Shown here: positions 17,629 through 28,064 of the stretch, piece after piece | Position numbering within the stretch: position 1 is the stretch's first letter | Layout: every line of letters begins with the position of its first letter | Source of the DNA: Candidatus Parcubacteria bacterium | GTDB lineage: Bacteria > Patescibacteriota > Saccharimonadia > UBA4664 > JBIOIQ01 | Direction: 5' to 3' | DNA length: 64,000 nt | Assembly: GCA_963718875.1 (NCBI GenBank) | Contig: OY970378.1 | Location: 477,373 to 541,372 of the forward strand | Program-made: the position numbers and the translations under genes | The notes under the pieces: model-generated | Database searches by the model: none | What the model saw: only the letters and a program-made list of their open reading frames with translations | Told to the model about the DNA's origin: nothing

Positions 17629-18387
17629 TTGAGTAAGATAATTGCCATCACAAATCAAAAAGGTGGAGTGGGTAAGACTACTACGACTATTAATTTGGGT
17701 ACGTATTTGGCTAAGGCCAAAAAGAAGGTCTTGATTGTTGATCTAGACCCACAAGGCAATACCTCTAGTGGATTAGGAATTGATAAACAAAGCTTGAAGC
17801 AAGATTTGTACAGCGTGATGGTTGATGGCTTGGACCCAGGCAAAGTGATTATCCGTACGCCTTTTCACGGTCTTGAGGTTTTGCCATCAGCACCGGTTCT
17901 CGCGGCAGCTGAGCTAGAGCTGGTGTCGGCTCCGGCAAGGGAGTTTCGTCTGAGTAAGGCTATTCGAGAGCTTCCATACGATTACGTTTTGATTGACTGT
18001 CCTCCGTCACTAGGGCTATTAACTATAAATGGTTTGGTTGCGGCACATTCCGTGATGATACCCGTGCAAGCTGAATTTTATGCGCTAGAGGGTTTAGGGC
18101 AGCTTATTACAACAGTCCAAAGGGTTAAGAAAGCCTTAAATCCTAATTTGGACCTTTTGGGTGTGCTTGTAACCATGCATAATGGACGTACTACTTTAAG
18201 CACTCAGGTGCATGATGAGGTGAAACGGCATTTTCCCGATAAGATTTTTTCAACAGTCATTCCACGAAATGTTCGCTTGGCTGAAGCGCCTAGCTACGGC
18301 AAGCCGATTAGCCACTACGATAAATGGAGCAAGGGTGCTAAAGGGTATAAGCAGCTAGCGACAGAAGTGATTAAGCGTACGAAATGA
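17629..18387 (+). CDS. parA: Chromosome partitioning ATPase ParA/Soj
   Basis: Deviant Walker A KGGVGKTT; TTG start after GAGGGA. Confidence 0.9.
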   Translation: MSKIIAITNQKGGVGKTTTTINLGTYLAKAKKKVLIVDLDPQGNTSSGLGIDKQSLKQDLYSVMVDGLDPGKVIIRTPFHGLEVLPSAPVLAAAELELVSAPAREFRLSKAIRELPYDYVLIDCPPSLGLLTINGLVAAHSVMIPVQAEFYALEGLGQLITTVQRVKKALNPNLDLLGVLVTMHNGRTTLSTQVHDEVKRHFPDKIFSTVIPRNVRLAEAPSYGKPISHYDKWSKGAKGYKQLATEVIKRTK

Positions 18388-18543
18388 CGAGCTTGCAAGG
18401 TAAGAGCATTAAGTCTTTATGTCCGCGTTCGACCACAGGGAATTTTATTAGTCATTCTCTCTGTAACAAACAAAACTTGCATAGGCTTAATGTTTTTAAC
18501 CGCATAGGTTATACTTGAAGCATGAGCAGTACAGAGGCACGAT

Positions 18544-19446
18544 ATGGGAGGTAATAAAGGTTTAGGACGAGGGTTTGATTCACTAATACCTACGCAGTTG
18601 GTGGAGGAAGAGTTTGACCCGACTGCTAGCACGAGTAATAGCGAAGGGTCTAGACCTTCGGCCGACTCTATTTATCAAATTGATTTAAAGTTGGTGGATC
18701 CAAACCCGCACCAGCCGCGGTTAGTGTTTGATGATGCGGCACTAGACGAACTTGCTGCATCGATAAGACAACACGGCATACTACAGCCAATTATTGTTAC
18801 CGAACAAGGCGAGGGACGTTATCAGTTGATTGCGGGCGAGCGGCGTCTGCGAGCAGCGAAATTAGCGAGCCTTAAAACAATCCCTGGCATAGTGCGTAGT
18901 TTTACCGATCAACAGAAGCTTGAGCTGGCTTTGATTGAAAATCTCCAACGCCAAGATCTTAACCCTATCGAAACAGCCACAGCTTACCGTAAACTGGTTG
19001 ATCAATTTAACCTTACGCTAGACACTATTGGAAAAAAAGTTGGGAAGGATACTTCAACTATCTCAAACAGTATGAGATTGCTTAATTTGCCGCTTGAAGC
19101 CAAGAGGGCGGTGGCTAGCGGCCAGATGACTGAGGGGCATGGGCGGACGATTCTAACAGTTCTTAATCCTGAAAAGCAGCTGGTGTTATGTAGGATGATT
19201 ATTGCTAATGATTGGTCTGTGCGTCAAGCTGAGGAGTTTGCTCGCGGATTTAAAGAGCCGAGTGCAACAAAAGACACGGCTTTGAAAAGGATTGCCGAGA
19301 CCAATGAAGTTACCCAGTCTCTGAGTAACTATTTGGGCGCAAAGGTAACCTTGCGTCATACTGCAAGAGGGGGGCGTTTAACAATTGAATACTACTCTGA
19401 AGAGGAATTAGATCGCATTTACCGGGCGATTAAATCGGATAGCTAA
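18544..19446 (+). CDS. parB: Chromosome partitioning protein ParB/Spo0J
   Basis: GERRLRAA and LIENLQRQDLNP motifs, HTH region. Confidence 0.9.
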   Translation: MGGNKGLGRGFDSLIPTQLVEEEFDPTASTSNSEGSRPSADSIYQIDLKLVDPNPHQPRLVFDDAALDELAASIRQHGILQPIIVTEQGEGRYQLIAGERRLRAAKLASLKTIPGIVRSFTDQQKLELALIENLQRQDLNPIETATAYRKLVDQFNLTLDTIGKKVGKDTSTISNSMRLLNLPLEAKRAVASGQMTEGHGRTILTVLNPEKQLVLCRMIIANDWSVRQAEEFARGFKEPSATKDTALKRIAETNEVTQSLSNYLGAKVTLRHTARGGRLTIEYYSEEELDRIYRAIKSDS

Positions 19447-19452
19447 GATTTG

Positions 19453-20298
19453 CTACAGCAGGGATTGAACTAGCTTTGGTAGGTCTTGAGATACTAGAGA
19501 AAAGAGGCGGAACTTGTCGAGTGGCAGCAACCGAACAGCAGCAGTGCCAACAATTTGTTTTGAGGGTAAAAATCCCCATTCTCGAGAGTCAAAAGATCCA
19601 TTTGGACTGCGGTTATCTCCGAGGACAAAAATACTTCCTTCGGGAACGATGTCGTCAAAAGTGCCTTGAGTGGTCTCGGTTGCGCGTTGGTAAGTTGTAA
19701 GGTCCGGGTCGATACCCTGTGGGTTGAGTTTATTAAAAACTCTGACACGGCCATCTTTTATAACTACATGCTCACCCGGCAGACCAATAACTCGTTTTAC
19801 AAAAATTAGGTTAGGATCTCTAGGGTAGTGGAACACAACGACGTCATAGCGATTAGGTATATAGGCGGAGTTCTTAAATCCGCTAATAGATTTTCCAATT
19901 TTTGACACTATGAGGTAATCAGTGTCATGGAGCGTTGGGTCCATGCTTTGGCCTACAACGTGAAAGGCTTGAAAGACAAAATTGTGCAGAATAAATACTA
20001 TGATAATCGGTATAATAACCCAGTTTAAGATACCAAAGAATATTGACGATATGGCCGAGAAGGCAGTTGATCCCATGTGATTTGACTTGGCCTCGGGTTC
20101 GCTCGAAACACTTTCTGCTGCACCTACTGGGTTTGCCGGGCTGTTACTTTGTTCGTTGTCTGGTGGACTGGGCGGATTGGTTATAGGCTGAGGTGTGGAG
20201 GGTAAAGGCTCCACTTGGCTCGCGAGAGAATTGGTATTCACCGGCTGAGTTGGCGGTACTTGGTTTGGGTTCGGGTTGGTGGGAGTATCGTCATTCAT
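19453..20298 (-). CDS. lepB: Signal peptidase I with Pro-rich N-terminal extension
   Basis: GQSMDPTL (Ser box), GDNRSPNGSFDSREWG; about 75-aa Pro/Asn/Ser-rich segment before the TM helix. Confidence 0.9.
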   Translation of the reverse strand: MNDDTPTNPNPNQVPPTQPVNTNSLASQVEPLPSTPQPITNPPSPPDNEQSNSPANPVGAAESVSSEPEAKSNHMGSTAFSAISSIFFGILNWVIIPIIIVFILHNFVFQAFHVVGQSMDPTLHDTDYLIVSKIGKSISGFKNSAYIPNRYDVVVFHYPRDPNLIFVKRVIGLPGEHVVIKDGRVRVFNKLNPQGIDPDLTTYQRATETTQGTFDDIVPEGSIFVLGDNRSPNGSFDSREWGFLPSKQIVGTAAVRLLPLDKFRLFSLVSQDLPKLVQSLL

Positions 20299-20425
20299 AC
20301 TTAAACTACTATACGCGTTGCATAGATTTGCAGCAAGCTACGAGCTAAGGCTAGTTGTGCTTTTTGGTAAATTATAGCTGTTAATGGTTTACTCTTAACG
20401 GTTATGTCGTTTATACTTAAGCGTA

Positions 20426-21862
20426 ATGGATGAACTCAGCCGACAAAAAATGCGTCGCGCCAACGGCTTCGCAAGGACTACTTTTGGTGGATTTGAACAT
20501 ACTAGAGCAGCAGAAAGGATTGCGCCTGCGGTAGTAGCCTCGCCAAAGGAAGTCTTTGATTATAAAAAAACCAAAATGCCTAAAGTGCATCGATATCGTT
20601 CGACAAAAACGATTGCAGTTATGTCCGCTGCCGTACTAGGCATAACAGTGGTATTTTTTGGGGTAAAAATTGTTTTAGCGACTAATAAGGTTATAACTCG
20701 GAATAATACTGGTGGAGCGCCGGCGCTTTCTAGTGGTACCGTGGTACCAAGTAAACTAAAAGGGGAAGGTGACGGTCGGGTAAACATTTTGCTTATGGGT
20801 ATTGGTGGTGCTGGACATCCCGGAGGATTGCTTAGTGACACCATGATGGTTGTAAGTATTGACCCAAATACCAAAGACACAGCAATGTTAAGCATCCCGA
20901 GAGACTTATGGGTGCAAATTCCCGGTAAGGGAATGAGTAAAATTAATGCCGCGAACGCTTATGGAGGGCCTGAGGTGGCCAAGACGGTGGTCGCTAAAAC
21001 ACTAGATATACCAATACATTACTACGTTCAGCTTGATTTCCAGGGTTTCAAACTGGCAGTTGATCAAGTGGGGGGGATAAACGTTGTGAATGCGACGGCA
21101 TTAAATGATTCTGGGTATCCATGTGATGATGGCGGCGCCTGTCCTTATTATTTGGCCGCTGGAGAGCATTTGCTCAATGGTGCGCAAGCACTTAAGTTTG
21201 CGCGTTGTCGCGAAGGTACATGTGGTAGTAACTATGGTCGGGAAGATCGGCAGCGTCAAAGTTTGCTGGCTTTACGCCAAAAAGCTATGGCTATTTCAAC
21301 TCTCACAAATCCGGTAAAAATTGCCAGCTTAATTGACATTGTTGGCGGGCATCTAAAAACTGATTTACAAATAGCTGATATGGCTAAATTGGCAACTATT
21401 GCAAAATTAGTGGATCCGGATTCTGTTGTGATGAAGGGTCTTGATGATTATACCCTTAGTGGTATGGTGGCTGGTCAAAGTGTAGTGTTGCCAAAGACTG
21501 GAAACTTTGGCGAGATTCGTAATTTTGCTCATTCGATCTTTATCGACACTTATATAAAGCAAGAAAACGCTAGTATAGCGGTGCAAAACGGTACTTCAAG
21601 ATCAGGGTTAGCGGCTACGGTAGGGGCGTTATTAGAAGATACGTACAAATATAACGTAGTTTCAACTACGACTGCTGACAACCAAAACTACCCCACGACT
21701 ATAATTTTTGATTACAGTAATGGTAAAAAGCCCTACACGGTCAATTATTTGGCAACAAGGTTTGGTGTCAAGGTTCAGCGTGCTACGGCTCCGGCTGGAA
21801 ATGTTGCTGACATAAAAATTATTCTTGGAGCCGATTATCATCCTACCGTCATTTCTCGTTAA
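20426..21862 (+). CDS. LytR-CpsA-Psr (LCP) family cell-wall polymer transferase
   Basis: TM anchor, RVNILLMGIGG..SDTMMVVSIDP..LSIPRDL core, LytR_C-like tail. Confidence 0.85.
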   Translation: MDELSRQKMRRANGFARTTFGGFEHTRAAERIAPAVVASPKEVFDYKKTKMPKVHRYRSTKTIAVMSAAVLGITVVFFGVKIVLATNKVITRNNTGGAPALSSGTVVPSKLKGEGDGRVNILLMGIGGAGHPGGLLSDTMMVVSIDPNTKDTAMLSIPRDLWVQIPGKGMSKINAANAYGGPEVAKTVVAKTLDIPIHYYVQLDFQGFKLAVDQVGGINVVNATALNDSGYPCDDGGACPYYLAAGEHLLNGAQALKFARCREGTCGSNYGREDRQRQSLLALRQKAMAISTLTNPVKIASLIDIVGGHLKTDLQIADMAKLATIAKLVDPDSVVMKGLDDYTLSGMVAGQSVVLPKTGNFGEIRNFAHSIFIDTYIKQENASIAVQNGTSRSGLAATVGALLEDTYKYNVVSTTTADNQNYPTTIIFDYSNGKKPYTVNYLATRFGVKVQRATAPAGNVADIKIILGADYHPTVISR

Positions 21863-21909
21863 CGACTATAAAGCTACGGTAGGTAAATGTAGTATAATCG
21901 TAAAAACAG

Positions 21910-22662
21910 ATGAAATCGTGGAAGTTAAATTTCTCTTCGGCAACTATTTATAACAGCCTACTTACTTTTATAATAGTGCTACTAGCTATCGCCCATCAAC
22001 CGGCTTTAGCAGTCGGTGTGTTGCTTGCAGATGAGGCGTGGCGCTGGTGGCGACATGATGAGCGGAGCTTGGAATTTATACAAGCTGATAGCTGGTTATG
22101 GCTTAGCGGCATCGCTAGTATAATAATTATTAGCCTTAGCCCAAATTTTGCGATGCAGTTAATATTGTCTATTCTGTTTAGTACCTGGCGCTGGTGGCTC
22201 TTGGCTCGTTTTGAGGTTTCGGAAAATCCCCCTATGATCGTAGCCGCTATTACTCAATCACTAGTGTTGTGGGCGGTGTTTCTAGCTACCGCGGTTTGGC
22301 ATTGGCCAACTATTTTAGTATTAGTCATCATATGGGGGTGCAGCTGGACTATAGCTTGGCAGGTGTTTGCATCCGTAAAGGACAGGGCGGCTGGAGCCTT
22401 AGCTTTGACTTGGGCTTTGATTGTGGCAGAGAGCTCTTGGGTGTTCTCGCTTTGGCTGGTTAATTACGTGGTCTTTAATGGACTACTTATAATTCCTCAG
22501 CCGGCGCTTGTAATAAGTGCCTTGGGTTATTGCTTGGCGGGTATTTATACCTCGCATCGCCGAAGCCAGTTGACTCGCAAACGTTTAGTTGAGTATCTGA
22601 CCATCGGTTTGGTGATCTTGGTTATTGTCATAGCTGGGACTAAATGGAATGGGGTTATTTAG
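21910..22662 (+). CDS. Trp-rich polytopic membrane protein, unknown function
   Basis: 250-aa ORF with six to seven hydrophobic helices; no motif recognised. Confidence 0.55.
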   Translation: MKSWKLNFSSATIYNSLLTFIIVLLAIAHQPALAVGVLLADEAWRWWRHDERSLEFIQADSWLWLSGIASIIIISLSPNFAMQLILSILFSTWRWWLLARFEVSENPPMIVAAITQSLVLWAVFLATAVWHWPTILVLVIIWGCSWTIAWQVFASVKDRAAGALALTWALIVAESSWVFSLWLVNYVVFNGLLIIPQPALVISALGYCLAGIYTSHRRSQLTRKRLVEYLTIGLVILVIVIAGTKWNGVI

Positions 22663-22798
22663 AATTTTTAACTTAAATAGTTTTTATTTGTGAAAGCTTA
22701 AGTTCAAAAACTGGAATGTAGGTGGGTTAAAGTAAGGTCTTTCTCAGCTCATTGTTGGTATAATAAGTTTGTAATCATTTTGTAAACGAAGGACTCTC

Positions 22799-23998
22799 AT
22801 GGAAGTACATCAGGACGACGGATCCGAGCATAAATTAGATGAAAAACCAAGGTTATCTTCCAATGATAATGTTTTGCCTAGAAACGTTTCTAGCCCTGCC
22901 GGACAACTGGTCTTACTAAGCCTAATTTTTGGTCTTTTGGGTGGGCTTGGAGGAGGGTTTTTAATAGCAAAGTATGGCTCAAGCATCTCTAAGGCAGACC
23001 AAAAAAAGGTGGTCTTGCAAGATAGTTCCGCCATTATTGATGTAGTAAAATCGACTTCTCCAAGTGTCGTTAGTATAAGTTCGCAAACAACCGGGATAGG
23101 CTTATTTGGGCTGCAAACTAGTCAAACAGGGGCAGGAACGGGAATCATTGTCAGCTCGGATGGCTTAATATTAACCAACAATCATGTCGTGAGTGATCAG
23201 GGGGCTACTTTTAGTGTCTTTACGTCGAATGGCCAGGAATATAAGGATGCAACGGTTGTTGCGACTGACCCAACCAGAGATATAGCTTTCATCAGAATTA
23301 AAGCTAAAGGGCTAAAGGCTGCTACATTGGGAGACTCTAGTAATTTAGTAGTAGGGGCTAGGGTTATTGCTATTGGAAACGCCCTGGGCCAGTTTCAGAA
23401 TAGTGCTACTGAAGGGATTATTTCTGGCTTAGGCAGACCGATTGAAGCAGCGAGTGGCAGTAGTGACGGGAGCGGTGTAGAGTCTCTGGATAACCTTATC
23501 CAAACAGATGCTGCCATTAACCCTGGTAACTCTGGTGGTCCACTTGTAAATATTAGTGGGCAGGTGATTGGCATGAATACAGCCATTGCCGGACAAGCTC
23601 AAAATATCGGTTTTGCTATACCAATTAATCTTGCTAAAACGGCCCTCGAAAGTGTCAAGAGTAAAGGCAGGATCACGCGACCTTACTTAGGGGTGCGATA
23701 TCTCGATATTACACCAAGCTTTGCTGCCAGGAATAATATTAAGCAGACTGCTGGTGCTTATGTTTCAGGAGACCGAAACAACTTGGCGGTTTTGCCGGAT
23801 AGTCCTGCTGCTAAAGCTGGCCTCAGAGAAGGAGATATTATTATCAAAATCAATAAGGATACTATTGATGCCAATCACCCCTTGTCTGGCCTGGTGTCGA
23901 AATATGGTATCGGCGACAAGCTAACTATTACCTATATCAGGGACGGTAAGACTCAAACTGTCACCGCCACTCTTGCTGAAGCACCAAGTAATGGCTAA
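22799..23998 (+). CDS. HtrA/DegP-like serine protease with PDZ domain
   Basis: LTNNHV (His), GNSGGPL (Ser), C-terminal PDZ (GLREGDIIIKIN). Confidence 0.9.
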   Translation: MEVHQDDGSEHKLDEKPRLSSNDNVLPRNVSSPAGQLVLLSLIFGLLGGLGGGFLIAKYGSSISKADQKKVVLQDSSAIIDVVKSTSPSVVSISSQTTGIGLFGLQTSQTGAGTGIIVSSDGLILTNNHVVSDQGATFSVFTSNGQEYKDATVVATDPTRDIAFIRIKAKGLKAATLGDSSNLVVGARVIAIGNALGQFQNSATEGIISGLGRPIEAASGSSDGSGVESLDNLIQTDAAINPGNSGGPLVNISGQVIGMNTAIAGQAQNIGFAIPINLAKTALESVKSKGRITRPYLGVRYLDITPSFAARNNIKQTAGAYVSGDRNNLAVLPDSPAAKAGLREGDIIIKINKDTIDANHPLSGLVSKYGIGDKLTITYIRDGKTQTVTATLAEAPSNG

Positions 23999-24360
23999 AC
24001 TTGTTTAAGTTGAGCAATTTCCGCTTGAAGTTTAGTGGCTTTTTCTAAGCTAACATCGTAAATGTTCTTGCCATAGGCCTCGACAATGACATGGTCATGT
24101 CTGAGTAAGTAGTGCTCCACCTTTGAACTTACCTTGATGGTTATTTCGGCTTTCCATTCAAATCTAGGATTTGCATAAGGGGTAGTCAGGGTTAATTCAA
24201 TGGTGCCGTCAAGGTAGTCGAGCTTAGTCCCATATAAAATAAGCTTGTCATCTGGCAAGTCAATTAAGTCCCGTCCATAAACCTTGTTTGCTTTACCACT
24301 ATTGGGACTTTTTAAAATCTCAACAATATCGGCATAAATAATGTTCCAAATCTGCTCCAT
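23995..24360 (-). CDS. Hypothetical 121-aa protein
   Basis: Last gene of the minus-strand rpmE-prfA-prmC operon; no motif recognised. Confidence 0.5.
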   Translation of the reverse strand: MEQIWNIIYADIVEILKSPNSGKANKVYGRDLIDLPDDKLILYGTKLDYLDGTIELTLTTPYANPRFEWKAEITIKVSSKVEHYLLRHDHVIVEAYGKNIYDVSLEKATKLQAEIAQLKQV

Positions 24361-24364
24361 TAGG

Positions 24365-25168
24365 TTATTTTAGTTGGAATCCCAAAATAAAGTAACCTTG
24401 TTCTGTTAAGGCTAGGCCTGCCTGTGCGGCTTCGTGTATAAGTTCTGGCTGTTGCCAAGGGTCGGATTCGATAAAAACGTATCCGTTGGGGGCTAAGTGG
24501 TTGCCAAGTTGATGAAAAAAACGGCGGTATAGTTCCAAGCCATCGTTTCCGCCAAATAAAGCTACGGCAGGCTCACGCCGTACTTCTGGCATAAGTTCGG
24601 CATCGTTTTTAAGGTAGGGGAGGTTGGTTACGATGGTGGAGAACTTCCCTGAAATATCATCAAATAAGTCTGATTGAATAAACTTAGTATTCAATTTAAG
24701 CTGAGCTGCATTTTTCTTTGCAAGTGTCATTGCTGTGGGTGAAATTTCGGTGGCTGTAATACTTAGATCAGGACGGTGGTGGGCTATGCTCAAAGCTATG
24801 GCGCCTGATCCGGTTCCAATATCAATAAGATCTGAATTTTTAAATGCATATTGAATGGCCCATTCAACCATTTGTTCAGTTTCAACCCTGGGGGTTAAAA
24901 CATCGGGAGTAATCATAAACATTAAACCATAAAACTCTCGCTGATTTATAAGGTGGACGAGAGGGACGCGCTGCGCACGTTGGGCGATAAAAAAATTGAA
25001 CTCTGTTACGATCTTTTTGTCTAAATCGCTATTTGGGTTGGCTAGCAGATGCTCTCTAGACCGGTTGGAAGCATATTCTAATAATACGAGCGTATCAAGG
25101 CGGTGACTAGATATCCCGGCTTTTTCAAGAGTCTGTGATGAATTTTTTAATACATGTCCAATTGTCAT
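24365..25168 (-). CDS. prmC: Release-factor glutamine N5-methyltransferase
   Basis: SAM motif [10 protein letters not shown], catalytic NLPY (variant of NPPY); overlaps the prfA stop. Confidence 0.85.
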   Translation of the reverse strand: MTIGHVLKNSSQTLEKAGISSHRLDTLVLLEYASNRSREHLLANPNSDLDKKIVTEFNFFIAQRAQRVPLVHLINQREFYGLMFMITPDVLTPRVETEQMVEWAIQYAFKNSDLIDIGTGSGAIALSIAHHRPDLSITATEISPTAMTLAKKNAAQLKLNTKFIQSDLFDDISGKFSTIVTNLPYLKNDAELMPEVRREPAVALFGGNDGLELYRRFFHQLGNHLAPNGYVFIESDPWQQPELIHEAAQAGLALTEQGYFILGFQLK

Positions 25169-26223
25169 AGAGCGGCTGCGTTTAAAGCTGATTCAAGTTC
25201 GGTTTTTCGCAAAGCTTCAATCATTTCGCCAATGTTGCCATCCATATAGCCGGGTAAATTGTGTCGGCTTATACCAATGCGATGGTCCGTTACTCTATCC
25301 TGAGGAAAATTGTAAGTCCGAATTTTTTCGCTGCGATCGCCTGAGCCAATTTGGCTACGACGTGCTGAATCAGTTTCGCTACGTTCTTGTTCAAGTTTCA
25401 TTGCTAGCAGACGCGAGCGTAGTACCCCCATGGCCTTGGTCTTGTTTTTTAGTTGGCTTTTTTCGTCTTGGCAGGTAACTACTAGTCCTGTGGGAAGATG
25501 GGTTATTCGAACTGCAGAATCGGTGGTATTTACAGATTGTCCTCCGTTGCCGCCTGATCGATATACATCAATTCGCAAGTCATTAGGATTTATTTCAAGC
25601 TCAGTTTCTTCGGCTTCGGGAAGAACTGCTACTGTAACGGTAGATGTGTGTATTCGGCCTCCAGATTCTGTGACGGGTATACGCTGAACCCTATGAACTC
25701 CTGATTCAAATTTAAGCTCTCCATAGGCGTTTGAGCCGTGGATACCAAAGATTATTTCTTTAAAACCACCGACATCACTAGGGCTTTCTGAGATAAGCTC
25801 TAAGCGCCAGCCTTTGCTTTCCGAATAGTGGCTATACATGCGAAAAAGTTCTCCAGAAAATAATGATGCCTCGTCTCCACCAGCGCCTGCGCGAATTTCG
25901 ACAATGGCATTCTTGGCATCATGAGGGTCAGTCGGTACTAGAGCAAGCTTAAGCGCCTCTTGAGTTTGATTAAGCTGATGCTCAAGCTCGGGGATTTCTG
26001 CTTCGGCTAGATCGTGCAATTCTGGATCGGATAGTGCTTGCCGGTTTTCTTCTAGGTCTGAGCTTAACTTAGCCCTTCGGTCGTACAGCTCAATCGTAGA
26101 GGCTAGTTCAACCTGCCTCTTGCCGAGGTTGGCCGCTTCAGGTGTACCATAAACTGTGGGATCTTGCATCCGCTCGTTTAACTGGGTGTATTCGTCTCGT
26201 AGTTTACGTTCTGTTTCGTCCAT
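25165..26223 (-). CDS. prfA: Peptide chain release factor 1
   Basis: PVT tripeptide, GGQ ([12 protein letters not shown]); start at MDETERK.. preferred over ORF start 26241. Confidence 0.9.
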   Translation of the reverse strand: MDETERKLRDEYTQLNERMQDPTVYGTPEAANLGKRQVELASTIELYDRRAKLSSDLEENRQALSDPELHDLAEAEIPELEHQLNQTQEALKLALVPTDPHDAKNAIVEIRAGAGGDEASLFSGELFRMYSHYSESKGWRLELISESPSDVGGFKEIIFGIHGSNAYGELKFESGVHRVQRIPVTESGGRIHTSTVTVAVLPEAEETELEINPNDLRIDVYRSGGNGGQSVNTTDSAVRITHLPTGLVVTCQDEKSQLKNKTKAMGVLRSRLLAMKLEQERSETDSARRSQIGSGDRSEKIRTYNFPQDRVTDHRIGISRHNLPGYMDGNIGEMIEALRKTELESALNAAAL

Positions 26224-26289
26224 GGTTTTTACTCTAATCAAAATGCGCTGCTTCTATTGTAGCAGCGCATTTTGATTAATTTCTGTTAA

Positions 26290-26631
26290 TTACTTATTGT
26301 TTTCGAGCTGCTTTATATCCACAGTTTCTGTGGCCAGCTCCGCTTCTATTTTTTCAATTGAATCTTCGACTAAAGCCTCGGAATTGCCCTTTCTTGGAGC
26401 TTTTGGCTTTGACTTAGATTTTAACTTTTCAGCTTGACTGCGGCGGGCGTTAAATTTATCGACTCGGCCAGCAGTGTCGATTAGTTTTTGCTTACCGGTA
26501 TAGAAAGGATGACAATTTGAGCAAATTTCAACAGTAATTTCTGGAACCGTTGAATGGGTTTGGAATGTCGTGTTACAGCCGTTGCAATGTACCTTGGTGT
26601 CGATGTAATTTGGATGGATTCCGGTTTTCAT
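26290..26631 (-). CDS. rpmE: 50S ribosomal protein L31 with Lys-rich C-terminal extension
   Basis: MKTGIHPNY.., CxxC...CxxC zinc motif; ORF track start 26739 is a spurious extension. Confidence 0.85.
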   Translation of the reverse strand: MKTGIHPNYIDTKVHCNGCNTTFQTHSTVPEITVEICSNCHPFYTGKQKLIDTAGRVDKFNARRSQAEKLKSKSKPKAPRKGNSEALVEDSIEKIEAELATETVDIKQLENNK

Positions 26632-26811
26632 GGATAGGAGTATATCAGGAAATCGCTCGGCAGGCAACATTAGTGGGTCTGGGTGCTGTCCACTTAAATG
26701 GAACGACCAAGCTTTTAAGTGGCGTAAATGGATCTTCAAAGCGCTCTCGGCGGCTTCTTCTTGGCCCTAAGCTCTCTTATAATTCCGGGAATCATCACTA
26801 ATGTCATCTCT

Positions 26812-27083
26812 AAAAGTATCAACCAGACACATCCACTGGTGGTGTTTTAACTAGGTACCACCAAACTGTCAGTAGTCAAAGTACTGCCTTAGGCAGCCAA
26901 AAGGATTATAAGTTACTCTCGCTTTAAAGCTTAGACTTTAAATGCCATAAACTTGAGATAACACCAAAAAAGACATAAATCATCTCAAGCGGTCTTAGGC
27001 TGGCCTAAAGAGCTAAAAATAAAAAGTACTGACAGTTTGGTGGTACCTGCCTTAATCAAGGTAAGATGGCAGGGCGACATAGG
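26812..27083 (-). mobile_element. MITE-like ~270-bp element, copy 2 (inverted relative to copy 1)
   Basis: TIRs GGTACCACCAAACTGTCAGTAG (26854-26875) and GTACTGACAGTTTGGTGGTACC (27026-27047); reverse complement aligns with 9583-9854. Confidence 0.75.
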
Positions 27084-27246
27084 AACTTAAAAGGATGCCG
27101 CCAACCAACTGTTGGTATTGTTTGAGTAGTAAAAACCTGGTATAGTGGTTTGACATTACAAACTAACCATCAACTTTGGGTTATTAATTCCTCCGCGGCC
27201 TTAAACGAAAGGTGCGGCTGCCTGAAGTGAAGATAAGGAAAAAATT

Positions 27247-28062
27247 ATGACAGAAGTAAGCCTTAAAGAGCTACTCGAGGCTGGTGCGCACTTTGGCCAT
27301 CAGACAAGGCGTTGGAACCCCAAGATGAAACAATATATTTATGGGGAGCGTGGTGGGGTTCATATCATTGATTTAACTCAAACGGCAACCGGTTTAACTG
27401 AGGCTGCTAAATTTGCCCAAGATGTAACTGCTAGTGGGGGTTTAATTCTATTTGTTGGTACTAAGCAACAAGTTCGAACGATTGTTAGGCAAGCAGCAGT
27501 GGATGCTAATATGCCGTTTGTGACGGAGCGTTGGTTGGGTGGAATGTTAACCAATTACCGCACTATCAAAGCACGTATTAATCGTTTAGTTAAACTTGGA
27601 GCTCAGGCTGATTCGGGTGAGTTAGCGGCAAATTATAATAAAAAAGAACAAAGTGTATTAAACGAAGAAATGAGTAAGCTAGAAAATATTTTTGGTGGTA
27701 TCAAGGCTATGGAAGGCTTACCCAAGGCATTATATGTGATTGATGCGCCGCGAGAGCACATTGCCATAGCTGAGGCAAAAAAATTGGGGATAAAAGTTAT
27801 TGCAATTGCCGATTCGAATGCCAACCCTGACCTAATTGACTATTTAATACCTGCAAATGATGACGCGCTTCGTTCCGTAGCCGTTATAACAGGGGTTATT
27901 TCGGAAGCCGCAAAGTCGGGGCGGTCTAGCTATAAGGCCAAGTCGGCTGAGCCAGATCAAGAAAAACCTGATAAATTAATTGCGGCTAATTCGACCGCAA
28001 AAGCGACGGAGCCAAAAAAAGTTAGCGAGAAAGAATCAGTCGCATCTGGGGAAAAAAAATAG
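27247..28062 (+). CDS. rpsB: 30S ribosomal protein S2
   Basis: HFGHQTRRWNPKM; Lys/Glu-rich tail. Confidence 0.95.
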   Translation: MTEVSLKELLEAGAHFGHQTRRWNPKMKQYIYGERGGVHIIDLTQTATGLTEAAKFAQDVTASGGLILFVGTKQQVRTIVRQAAVDANMPFVTERWLGGMLTNYRTIKARINRLVKLGAQADSGELAANYNKKEQSVLNEEMSKLENIFGGIKAMEGLPKALYVIDAPREHIAIAEAKKLGIKVIAIADSNANPDLIDYLIPANDDALRSVAVITGVISEAAKSGRSSYKAKSAEPDQEKPDKLIAANSTAKATEPKKVSEKESVASGEKK

Positions 28063-28064
28063 CT

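Noticed and set aside
17629-19446. Replication origin next to parAB
   Set aside because: There is no dnaA or dnaN gene, and I found no cluster of TTATCCACA-like boxes in the flanking spacers. The isolated match in secA (about 44147) is within coding sequence.
19453-20298. Prophage or integrative element signals (integrase, transposase, reverse transcriptase/DGR, toxin-antitoxin pairs) anywhere in the window
   Set aside because: No ORF shows integrase, transposase or RT motifs (YxDD, DDE, R..H..R..Y). The foreign-looking DNA is therefore reported only as compositional islands and non-autonomous repeats.
26632-26739. N-terminal extension of the L31 ORF, and similar upstream extensions of the rplU, adk, HIT, ftsX, ctp, csaA-like and band-7 ORFs
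   Set aside because: Canonical protein N-termini and RBS or -10 signals occur at internal start codons. The extensions overlap terminators, leaders or upstream genes.
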